Source of the DNA: Candidatus Zhuqueibacterota bacterium
GTDB taxonomy: Bacteria; Zhuqueibacterota; Zhuqueibacteria; Thermofontimicrobiales; Thermofontimicrobiaceae
DNA: 64,000 nt
NCBI GenBank assembly: GCA_049322915.1
Contig: JBMOPW010000007.1
Coordinates: 340,246 to 404,245 of the forward strand
Direction: 5' to 3'
Part shown: positions 1 to 8,403 of the stretch, piece by piece
Layout: each line of letters opens with the position of its first letter
How positions within the stretch are numbered: position 1 is the first letter of the stretch
Made by a program: the position numbers and the translations under genes
The notes under the pieces: model-generated
Told to the model about the DNA's origin: nothing
The model's database searches: none
Seen by the model: only the letters and a program-made list of their open reading frames with translations

Positions 1-634
1 TGCCGCAGGAATGATCGGCTATCACAGCATGCGAGAGATTTTAACGCCGCACCACAGTCCGGAATGGTTCACGCTGCCCGTGTTGATTGGCGTTGTCATC
101 ACAAAAGAGCTGCTATCCCGGCGCATCCAGTCAGTAGCCGGCCAGTTGGACAGTCGCGCCCTTGAGGGAGACGCCTGGCATCATCGCTCCGACGCGCTGA
201 CGTCCGGCGCTGCCGCAATTGGCATTGCCATTGCGCTGATCGGTGGGCCCGGTCTGTCCATGGCCGATGACTGGGCTGCGCTCCTGGCCTGCACGATTAT
301 TGTCATAAACGGATCGAGAATCATTTCACGCTCACTGCACGATACCATGGATGGCAGCATCGATCCTGCCTTTGCTGAGTCCATCCGCGCCCAGGCCGTC
401 AGCATTGAGCGCGTGGCCAGGGCTGAAAAATGTCTGGTTCGGAAGAGCGGAACGAGATATTTCGTGGAGCTGCATATTCAGGTGGATGGTGGACTCTCCG
501 TGGCCACAGGTCATGAGATCGGTCACCGGGTGAAAGCCCATCTGCTGAAGTATTTTCCCAAATTACAGGACGTCGTTATTCATCTGGAACCCAGCGAGGT
601 TCACATCGATCCGGGGAGTGACAGCGATGCGTGA
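1..634 (+). CDS. Cation diffusion facilitator (CDF/FieF-like) transporter, 5'-truncated by the window edge
   Basis: DAWHHRSDALTS metal-site motif and C-terminal ZT dimerisation domain (VRKSG...VELHIQVDG...GHEIGH...VVIHLEP). The frame is open back to the window start. Confidence 0.9.
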   Translation, partial: AAGMIGYHSMREILTPHHSPEWFTLPVLIGVVITKELLSRRIQSVAGQLDSRALEGDAWHHRSDALTSGAAAIGIAIALIGGPGLSMADDWAALLACTIIVINGSRIISRSLHDTMDGSIDPAFAESIRAQAVSIERVARAEKCLVRKSGTRYFVELHIQVDGGLSVATGHEIGHRVKAHLLKYFPKLQDVVIHLEPSEVHIDPGSDSDA

Positions 635-795
635 GGCCATGAAGCGAAACGATTGCGGCGCGTCCTGCCGGAACTGACGCTCGGCCTTCCGCTGCTGCTT
701 TGGGACAGGAACGCCGCCTTTAACTTCCTTAAAATCCAATGCAAGCTTCCATGCGAAATCGCTTCTGAAATGGCTGGCTATTGCTAAAATTATAC

Positions 796-824
796 TTGCA
801 TATAAGTGATAGAATGATTATTAT
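796..824 (+). promoter_or_regulatory. Putative sigma70-type promoter for the kinase/regulator pair
   Basis: TTGCAT-N17-TATTAT about 105 nt upstream of the ATG at 931. Confidence 0.45.
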
Positions 825-930
825 CTTCTGCAGAAAAAAGAATCGCTGGTGAGGTGGAGAGGGTAGCTTTTATCGGTGGTAGCAGAGCGGATTGAGCCAG
901 CGAACCAATCACGCAATTTCGGATGAGCGT

Positions 931-2793
931 ATGAGCAGCCTGCGTTATAAATTAGGAATGGGGTATTTCATCCTTGTCGGCATTATCATTACTACCAGCG
1001 TTTTCTCGATTTATCATTTCTCGAAATTCGGATCGTTGATTGAAAAAATTCTTCGCAGCAATTATAATGGCATCATCGCTGCAGAGGGGATGGTCATTGC
1101 ACTGGAACGGCAGGAACTGGCCTTGCTATCCGAGTTTGTGGGTAATCAGAAAGAATCAAAAAAGGCATTTGATAAAAACCATTTTCAGTTTCTCTACTGG
1201 TACGAACATGCAATCGAAGGGATGGCCCAACCGCTGGAACCGGTGTTTTTAGACAGCATCAAGATTTCCTATAAACTCTATCTTCAATCCACCGATTCTT
1301 TGTACCATTTCATCCAGATGGAACAGGATTTTTCAAAAGCAAAAGCCTACCAATTCGCTGCGGTCAGGCCCATCGTCACTAAACTCAAGCAGCAATGTAT
1401 TAATTTAATGGAAGTCAATCATAACGCCATAGTGCTGTCCAATGCCGAAGCCAAACGGACGTCGCAGGAGGCGATCATCGCTGTCATCGTTGTCTCGATC
1501 ATTGCCATTTCGACCAGTATCTTCACCTGGTACCAATTGACGCGCATCATTCTCAGGCCGCTGGATAAATTGACCAAGACGATTCGCCGCATCGGCCAGG
1601 GTCATCTTCATCATAAAATTGATATTACGACAGACGATGAAATTGGAGAACTTGGACGCGAATTCAACAAAATGACAGAACGGTTGTACGAATATGATAA
1701 AATTAATCTGGCGCAACTGATCACTGAGAAAAAGAAGACGGAAGCGATTGTCGCCAGTATTCCGGAGCCGATGGTCGTCACCAGCGAAGATAACTCCATT
1801 GTCCTGATGAACAACGAAGCCGCGCATATTTTGCATTTGAAAAACGATGAATGGCCGGGTAAAAAAATCAATGACGTGGTTTTGAATGAGCAATTGAAGC
1901 AACTGCTGACGTTCAATCAGAATCAGATAGATGAAACGGCGATTTCGGAGAACGTTGTTCATGTTCTGGATGGCGAACGAACAAGCTATTATCGGTTATG
2001 CCGGACAAAGATTTTCGACGAGGTGAGCCATGTACAGTGGCTGGTGACCACGCTGCAGGACGTGACCCGTTTCAAACAACTGGATCAGATGAAGACCGAA
2101 TTCATGGCCACGGTCTCCCATGAGTTCAGGACGCCGCTGACGTCCATCAATATGGTGATCGACATTTTGCTGCAGGAGCTTTTGGGCAAGCTCAACCAGC
2201 AGCAGCGCGATTTAATCGCTTCAGCCAAAAACGATTCCGAGCGGCTTTCAAAAATGATGAAAGAATTGTTAGACCTGTCGAAGTTGGAATTGGGCAAATA
2301 TAAAATGAAGATCAGCAGTGTGAACTTCAGAGAGCTCATCGAAACAGCGATCCGTCCGTTGCAGTTGCCGTTTCAGGAAAAGGGGATCGCCCTGGAAATC
2401 TCGGTTGATCCGACACTGCCGGAATTGGCGGTGGATCAGATGCAGATTACATCGGTCATCGTCAATCTTGTGAATAATGCGCTTCGCTACACAGACACCG
2501 GCGGTCGTGTTTCCATCATTGCGTCCCTGGAGGGGGATGACGTGCAAGTGTGCGTGGCCGATAACGGCCGGGGCATTCCCACTGAATCCATAGGCTCCAT
2601 TTTCGATAAATTTGTCCAGGTGAAACAACCCGCGGATTTAACCCCCGGCAGCGTCGGTCTCGGTTTGTCCATCGCCAAAGAACGGGTAAAAATGCACGGC
2701 GGTCAGATCTGGGTCGAGAGCAAAGTGGGTCGGGGCAGCCAATTTTATTTTACGCTTCCCTTGCAACGAAATTCAGAGGATCAATCAGAATGA
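931..2793 (+). CDS. Sensor histidine kinase (periplasmic four-helix sensor, HAMP, PAS, HisKA, HATPase), KinB-like
   Basis: Two TM segments, HAMP (DEIGELGREFNKM), H-box SHEFRTPLTSI, N-box NLVNNALRYT, G-boxes DNGRGI and GLGLSI. ATG at 931 preferred to TTG at 892. Confidence 0.92.
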   Translation: MSSLRYKLGMGYFILVGIIITTSVFSIYHFSKFGSLIEKILRSNYNGIIAAEGMVIALERQELALLSEFVGNQKESKKAFDKNHFQFLYWYEHAIEGMAQPLEPVFLDSIKISYKLYLQSTDSLYHFIQMEQDFSKAKAYQFAAVRPIVTKLKQQCINLMEVNHNAIVLSNAEAKRTSQEAIIAVIVVSIIAISTSIFTWYQLTRIILRPLDKLTKTIRRIGQGHLHHKIDITTDDEIGELGREFNKMTERLYEYDKINLAQLITEKKKTEAIVASIPEPMVVTSEDNSIVLMNNEAAHILHLKNDEWPGKKINDVVLNEQLKQLLTFNQNQIDETAISENVVHVLDGERTSYYRLCRTKIFDEVSHVQWLVTTLQDVTRFKQLDQMKTEFMATVSHEFRTPLTSINMVIDILLQELLGKLNQQQRDLIASAKNDSERLSKMMKELLDLSKLELGKYKMKISSVNFRELIETAIRPLQLPFQEKGIALEISVDPTLPELAVDQMQITSVIVNLVNNALRYTDTGGRVSIIASLEGDDVQVCVADNGRGIPTESIGSIFDKFVQVKQPADLTPGSVGLGLSIAKERVKMHGGQIWVESKVGRGSQFYFTLPLQRNSEDQSE

Positions 2794-4118
2794 CGAGCGA
2801 AAAACCGAAAGTCATAATCGTGGACGATGAGCCCAACATTTTGAGAACCATGAGTATTTGTTTTGATTCGATTGGATTTCAGACCTATTCGTTTTTGAAG
2901 CCGCAGGAAGCGGTGAAGACGCTTCAACAGGAGCGATTCGAATTGGCGTTTGTCGACCTGAAGATGTCGCCGATCAATGGAATGGAAATGCTGGATGAGT
3001 TTAAAAAATATTCGCCGGATACTACAGTGGTCATTATCACCGCCCATGGTTCGATCGACAGCGCCATTGATGCGATAAAAAAAGGCGCATACAATTATCT
3101 GCAAAAGCCTTTTGATTTCAAAGAGCTGCAATTGTTCGCACAGAAGGCGCTGGAATACCATCGTTTGAATAGCGAGGTCAAAGACCTGCGCCGGCAATTG
3201 GCTGCCGGGCAGCATACGACTGAATTTATCACCCGCAATTCCCAGATGAAGGCGATACTGGACCTCGCTGCGCAGATTGCGGATAGCTCCATGAGCGTGC
3301 TTATAGAAGGGGAGAGCGGCACCGGCAAGGAATTGATTGCGCGGTTGATTCACCAGAATAGTCCCCGAGCCGATAAACAGATGATTAAGGTCAATTGCGC
3401 TGCATTGCCCGAAGGCCTGCTGGAGAGTGAGCTGTTTGGCCACATCAAAGGCGCATTTACCGGCGCGATAAAAGATCGGGATGGCCGGTTTAAATTGGCC
3501 GATGGCGGCACAATATTCCTGGATGAGATTGCTGAAATGTCGCTGGCGACACAAGCCAAATTGCTGCGCGTCCTGCAGGATAAAGAATACGAACGGCTGG
3601 GAGAAGACATCTCGCGAAAGGTGGATGTTCGCGTCATTGCAGCGACCAATAAAAATATCGATGAAGCATTGAAAGAAGGCAGCTTTCGTGAAGATTTATT
3701 TTACCGCCTGAACGTGGTTCGTTTTCGACTCCTGCCTTTGCGGGATCGCCTGGAAGATATACCGCTGTTGATTCACTTCTTTCTCGAAAAATATACTCAG
3801 GGTAAAGAGGTTGACATTTCTGCGGAAGCGATGAAGGCGCTCTGCACGTATCGATGGAGCGGCAACGTGCGGGAACTGGAACACGTGATGGAGCGGGCGG
3901 TATTGTTAGCGAAGAATGACATAATCGAATTGATCCATTTGCCGGAAGAAATCAATTCCACTCTGGAACGGCCGCAATCCACTTTTTCGCTGGAAGAGAT
4001 AGAGAAGTCCCATATCAAGCGGGTTCTGCAACATGCCAAAGATTACGATGAAGCTGCGCAAATACTCGGCATCGATCCAGCTACCCTCTGGCGAAAGCGA
4101 AAAAAATACAGCCTGTAA
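2790..4118 (+). CDS. sigma54-dependent response regulator (REC-AAA+-HTH), AlgB/NtrC family
   Basis: REC (VDDE...DLKM...KPF), Walker A GESGTGKE, GAFTGA loop, FLDEI, WSGNVRELE, HTH AAQILGIDPATLWRKRK. Overlaps the kinase stop (ATGA). Confidence 0.95.
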   Translation: MTSEKPKVIIVDDEPNILRTMSICFDSIGFQTYSFLKPQEAVKTLQQERFELAFVDLKMSPINGMEMLDEFKKYSPDTTVVIITAHGSIDSAIDAIKKGAYNYLQKPFDFKELQLFAQKALEYHRLNSEVKDLRRQLAAGQHTTEFITRNSQMKAILDLAAQIADSSMSVLIEGESGTGKELIARLIHQNSPRADKQMIKVNCAALPEGLLESELFGHIKGAFTGAIKDRDGRFKLADGGTIFLDEIAEMSLATQAKLLRVLQDKEYERLGEDISRKVDVRVIAATNKNIDEALKEGSFREDLFYRLNVVRFRLLPLRDRLEDIPLLIHFFLEKYTQGKEVDISAEAMKALCTYRWSGNVRELEHVMERAVLLAKNDIIELIHLPEEINSTLERPQSTFSLEEIEKSHIKRVLQHAKDYDEAAQILGIDPATLWRKRKKYSL

Positions 4119-4300
4119 TTTTACAATTTTTTCATAATCATGAATTTTGCAATTAATGTCATCTAATTATTCTGAAGAGGTTATAAGTTATTTTTCAACC
4201 GAGCGCAAAACCATCTTGCATTTTGCAGTGGCCGATAGTAGATGATTTCGTGACCACCACAATATATAGACAAAACCGGGACAAAATTGCCTAAATTTTG

Positions 4301-4316
4301 TGGCATGACTATTGTA
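4301..4316 (+). promoter_or_regulatory. Putative sigma54 (-24/-12) promoter of the STAS-exbBD-tonB operon
   Basis: TGGCATG-ACTA-TTGTA matches TGGCACG-N4-TTGCW except GT for GC at -12. It lies ~60 nt before the first ATG and directly after a sigma54 activator gene. Confidence 0.6.
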
Positions 4317-4374
4317 ATCAGTGAAGCGCGAGCTAAATAAACGGTGGGGCCTTTAAACAAAAACGAGAAAACCT

Positions 4375-4734
4375 ATGGGACTAAAGATCTTGACCTTAGA
4401 CAATCTTGACATCGCTATTATCGAGCCGCATGGCACGATAACCGGCGGCAACGAGATTGACGAGCTGAAAGTGAAAGCGCGTGATTTGCTCGATCAGGGA
4501 AATAGAAAGCTGATCATCGATCTGGGCAAAATCACGTACATCAACAGTATGGGAATTGGCACTCTGGTCCACATTTACACCTCGTATCAAAATGCCAAAG
4601 GCAAAATTAAACTTTGCAATCTTGGCAAGAGTGTCCAGAACATTTTCGTCATCACCAAGCTTTCAAGTGTCTTTGATGTCTTAGATACTCGCGAAAGCGC
4701 CATTGAGAGTTTTCAAGCAAAGGCTAATAGTTAA
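4375..4734 (+). CDS. STAS-domain anti-sigma-factor antagonist (SpoIIAA/RsbV-like)
   Basis: 119 aa with KLIIDLGKITYINSMGIGTLV and IKLCNL...IFVITKL signatures. Confidence 0.9.
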   Translation: MGLKILTLDNLDIAIIEPHGTITGGNEIDELKVKARDLLDQGNRKLIIDLGKITYINSMGIGTLVHIYTSYQNAKGKIKLCNLGKSVQNIFVITKLSSVFDVLDTRESAIESFQAKANS

Positions 4735-4766
4735 TTAACTTGTTCAAAATTTAGGAGTAACTAACA

Positions 4767-5507
4767 ATGAAACAATCAGTCTTTATCACTGTTCTGCTTG
4801 TTGTAGCAACTGTCATTTCAGTGCTCATCTATATGTATCTGTTACCTGATTTTATTAAAGATGGTGGTCCGCTCGTAGTGGTTTTGATCATTCTCACTAT
4901 CATGGTCGCAACATTCATTTTTGAACGTCTGTTTTCATTGCGTAAAGCGCAAGGCACCGGTTCCCTGGGTGTTTTCTTAAGACAAGTGCAACAGCATATC
5001 AATGATGGCGCCATTGACGAAGCCATCGCTGCCTGCGATAAACAAAGAGGCTCATGCGCCAATATTCTCCGTACCGGACTTGATCGGTATCGCGTTCTGA
5101 AGAGCGAAGGCGATGTAGTCGGTCAGCGTGAAATTCTCGAAAAAGTGCAGCAGTCCATTAACGAATCCATGATGCTGGAAGTACCGCTATTGGAGAAAAA
5201 TCTGGTAGCTTTGTCGACGATTGCTTCCATCGCGACCATGGTCGGTTTGTTAGGTACAACGATCGGAATGATTCGTGCATTTAGAGCTCTAGCCCATTCC
5301 GGCGCCCCGGATGCCGTTCAATTGTCAATTGGTATTTCTGAAGCCCTTATCAATACCGCTGGTGGCCTCATTGCCGCTATCGCCGGTATCGTTGCATATA
5401 ACTTCTTCACTACAAAAGTTGATAACTTCACCTACATGATTGATGAGGCGAGCTATTCCATCGTTCAGTCTCTCACAGTGAATCCGGTTAAGACACGTAA
5501 TCGATAG
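4767..5507 (+). CDS. exbB: MotA/TolQ/ExbB proton channel protein
   Basis: LSTIASIATMVGLLGTTIGMIRAF and GISEALINTAGGL TM motifs; AGGAG RBS. Confidence 0.92.
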   Translation: MKQSVFITVLLVVATVISVLIYMYLLPDFIKDGGPLVVVLIILTIMVATFIFERLFSLRKAQGTGSLGVFLRQVQQHINDGAIDEAIAACDKQRGSCANILRTGLDRYRVLKSEGDVVGQREILEKVQQSINESMMLEVPLLEKNLVALSTIASIATMVGLLGTTIGMIRAFRALAHSGAPDAVQLSIGISEALINTAGGLIAAIAGIVAYNFFTTKVDNFTYMIDEASYSIVQSLTVNPVKTRNR

Positions 5508-5520
5508 ATAGAGGTTCAAT

Positions 5521-5985
5521 ATGGCAAAACCGAAAATGAGGCGGGTTTCGATCCGCATTGATATGACCCCAATGGTGGACGTTGCGTTCTTATTGTTGAC
5601 ATTCTTCATGTTGACGACGCAATTTCGCCCACCGGAAGAAGTGGTTATTGAACTTCCTTCGTCACATTCGGCCTTCAAAGTGCCGGATTCGGATGTGCTG
5701 ATTCTCACGGTGGACAAGGACGGCAACATCTTTGTCGGACTGGATTCCCAGGTTCTCCGCGCCCGCGTGTTTGGCGAAGAGAATAAATACCGCATGGGAA
5801 TTCAGGTGGATAAAAATGATCTGGGCAATATCCTGATCCAGGCGCGTATGGCCAATCCGAAATTACGCACGATCGTCAAAGGGGATAAAAATGCACCTTA
5901 CGGCCCCATTGAAGATGTGATGACGATCTTGCAAAAAGTAAAAATTACTCGTTTCAATTTAGTGACCGATCTTGAAAGGACATAA
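5521..5985 (+). CDS. exbD: ExbD/TolR family protein (copy 1)
   Basis: IDMTPMVDVAFLLLTFFMLTT TM with the essential Asp; C-terminal VKGDKNAPYG. Confidence 0.92.
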   Translation: MAKPKMRRVSIRIDMTPMVDVAFLLLTFFMLTTQFRPPEEVVIELPSSHSAFKVPDSDVLILTVDKDGNIFVGLDSQVLRARVFGEENKYRMGIQVDKNDLGNILIQARMANPKLRTIVKGDKNAPYGPIEDVMTILQKVKITRFNLVTDLERT

Positions 5986-5997
5986 AGGAGAATTAGC

Positions 5998-6507
5998 ATG
6001 GGCGGTCTTAATGCAGGTGACGAATCAAAGAGTCGCTCTAAAAAGACTAGCAAGAAGTTTAAAAAGAAGCCTCGCGTAGGCCTTCGTATCGATATGACGC
6101 CGATGGTGGACGTTGCATTTCTGCTGTTGACTTTCTTCATGTTGACAACGCATTTCGCAAAACGCCAGACCATGGAAATCAACCTTCCTCCGGATGAAAA
6201 GACAACCGTCGAAGTGGCTGAATCGAATTTACTCACATTGCTGGTTGGAAGCGATTTTTCAATTTATTGGAACATGGGCTCCGAAGCGCCACAGAAAATA
6301 GAGTTCAAATCTCTGCGCCCCTTGCTATTGGAGCGATCTCAGAGCAATCCCAAACTCATCACGCTGGTAAAAGTGGATCGGGAAGGAACCTATTCAATGA
6401 TGGTGGATATAATGGATGAACTGAATCTGGCCAACATCACACGATTCAGTTTAGCGCCTATGTTACCAAAAGATAAGGAAACGTTGGCCAAAATTGCTGG
6501 TACCTAA
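5998..6507 (+). CDS. exbD: ExbD/TolR family protein (copy 2)
   Basis: Same TM motif, Lys-rich N-terminus, C-terminal YSMMVDIMDEL. Confidence 0.92.
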   Translation: MGGLNAGDESKSRSKKTSKKFKKKPRVGLRIDMTPMVDVAFLLLTFFMLTTHFAKRQTMEINLPPDEKTTVEVAESNLLTLLVGSDFSIYWNMGSEAPQKIEFKSLRPLLLERSQSNPKLITLVKVDREGTYSMMVDIMDELNLANITRFSLAPMLPKDKETLAKIAGT

Positions 6508-6528
6508 AATACAGAAGGAGAAATAGCA

Positions 6529-7263
6529 ATGGCGGAATATGTGATACCTTCGCCCTTTCAGTATGGCGCCCCAGAGCTTAAGAAAAATTATAAAAAGTAT
6601 TATACGCGTGCACTTGCGATTGCCGTTATTTTGCACATCATTGGAGTTGGCACTTATTGGGGTTCAGTGTACCTGGCAAGAGAAGAGGAACCACAATATC
6701 AGGTTCGCATTATGAAGTATAGTGAACTCGGCCCCCCACCGTCCATCACAGACACACAGGCTGCGCCGGCGATTGCCGTGGCAACCGGTGGCGTGAGACC
6801 GTCGGTGGGTATACCAGTCCCGGTTCCTGATGCTGAAATCAATCCCGAACAGACAATTGCGACACAAGCGGAGATGAGCTCCATCACTGCGCCTCTGCTG
6901 ACGGAGGGCACTGGAGAAGGCGGTGGGGCAACAATGATCGAGCAGGACATCAAAGATATCGTGATTGATGAAGCGCCACCCGATTTTGTGCCCTATGAAA
7001 AAGCACCCATGGTTGTGAAACGCGTCGTCCCGGTCTACCCCGATTTAGCCCGACAGGCTGGATTGGAAGGAACGGTGTGGCTTAAGCTATGGATCGATAA
7101 AGAGGGTAAGGTTAAAAAAGCTGTCATCGTAAAATCCGATGCAGAAATCCTCAATCAGGCAGCAATTGATGCAGCGACACAATGGTTATTTACCCCAGCC
7201 TTGCAGCAGGATAAACCGGTTGCAGTATGGATGGCGGTTCCATTCAAATTCAGTTTAAAATAG
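6529..7263 (+). CDS. tonB: Energy transducer TonB
   Basis: N-terminal YGAPELKKNY, TM with His (AVILH), Pro-rich linker, TonB_C domain (PVYPDLARQAGLEGTV...WLFTPA). Confidence 0.9.
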   Translation: MAEYVIPSPFQYGAPELKKNYKKYYTRALAIAVILHIIGVGTYWGSVYLAREEEPQYQVRIMKYSELGPPPSITDTQAAPAIAVATGGVRPSVGIPVPVPDAEINPEQTIATQAEMSSITAPLLTEGTGEGGGATMIEQDIKDIVIDEAPPDFVPYEKAPMVVKRVVPVYPDLARQAGLEGTVWLKLWIDKEGKVKKAVIVKSDAEILNQAAIDAATQWLFTPALQQDKPVAVWMAVPFKFSLK

Positions 7264-7266
7264 GTT

Positions 7267-7479
7267 ATGAAAAATCTGTCGCTCTCTATGTTGTTGGCAT
7301 ACGGAGTTTCTATCATCGTTGGGGGGAGCGGCATAGCCATTCTTGTAGGCTTTGCCGTCCCACCCTATGTGCCTAAAAAGATACGATTGACATTTGGAAT
7401 TGTGTTGCTTTTATTGGGAATTTACCGATTTGCCATCAGCCGAATAAAAGCAACTCAAACTCGAGGAGATGGAAAGTGA
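7267..7479 (+). CDS. Small two-TM membrane protein, function unknown
   Basis: 70 aa with two hydrophobic segments; starts 3 nt after tonB and overlaps the next start (GTGA). Confidence 0.7.
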   Translation: MKNLSLSMLLAYGVSIIVGGSGIAILVGFAVPPYVPKKIRLTFGIVLLLLGIYRFAISRIKATQTRGDGK

Positions 7480-8390
7480 AGAAGATTTCATTTCTCATCT
7501 TTTTTATTTTTTTTATAGCAGCTTTCATTGCGTGTCAGTCACCGAAAAAAGAGACGCCGACACGCGGCTCATTAGAGATACTGACTTCAGAATCCCATGC
7601 CTCTCTCATGATGAAGGAAGCAGAGGAATTCCAGCGATTATACACAAGCGCAGCGATCACTATTACAGCAACATCGACGCGGGATGCAATTGTCCAGTTG
7701 CTCAATGATAGTGTGGCAACGATTTGCGTCGACCGGCCGCTCAATCCGGAAGAGCAGGCCGTTGTCCAAAAAGCGAACATGAAGCTGTCCACAACAAAAA
7801 TTGCCAAAGATGCCCTGGCAATTTTTGTGAACAAGCAAAATCCAATTCGCCAAATCTCTATTCAAAGTCTTTCAGATATTATCACCGGCCGCGTGCTGGA
7901 CTGGCAACAGGTGCCTGAGTCCCAATGGTCGAATGGTAAAATTCGATTAGCGCTCACGGGTCGCAATTCTGGCTTGTACGAACTTTTGATCCCTCATTTT
8001 TTGAAGCTTTCCACAGAGCCAGCCATCAGCTTTTTAGCTGAAAATCAGAACCAGGTACTCGACTTTGTCATTTCCCATCCCAATGCAATCGGTGTCGCTT
8101 CGGTCCCGGTCGTTCATGACACAACCCGATTCAATAATTCAATCCGGTTGCTCAATGTCGAAGCGACAGATTCCACCAATACGATCACGTATGTGAGATT
8201 GCATCAGGCCAATATCTATCGCGAAACATACCCGTTGAATTACCCAATTTATATGTACTCGACCACCGCTTATGGGAGCCTCGCATCAGGCTTTACGTCG
8301 TTTGTGGCAAGCGCCTCCGGTCAAAAAATTATTCTCAATGCCGGCCTTGTGCCAGCGACTATGCCAGTCAGGTTAGTTCAATTAAAATAG
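7476..8390 (+). CDS. PstS-like (PBP superfamily) substrate-binding lipoprotein
   Basis: Lipobox FIAC; AKDALAIFVNKQNP, YPLNYPIY and SGFTSFVASASGQKII segments typical of the PBP_like_2 fold. Confidence 0.8.
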   Translation: MKKISFLIFFIFFIAAFIACQSPKKETPTRGSLEILTSESHASLMMKEAEEFQRLYTSAAITITATSTRDAIVQLLNDSVATICVDRPLNPEEQAVVQKANMKLSTTKIAKDALAIFVNKQNPIRQISIQSLSDIITGRVLDWQQVPESQWSNGKIRLALTGRNSGLYELLIPHFLKLSTEPAISFLAENQNQVLDFVISHPNAIGVASVPVVHDTTRFNNSIRLLNVEATDSTNTITYVRLHQANIYRETYPLNYPIYMYSTTAYGSLASGFTSFVASASGQKIILNAGLVPATMPVRLVQLK

Positions 8391-8403
8391 GAGATTTCAT
8401 CGC

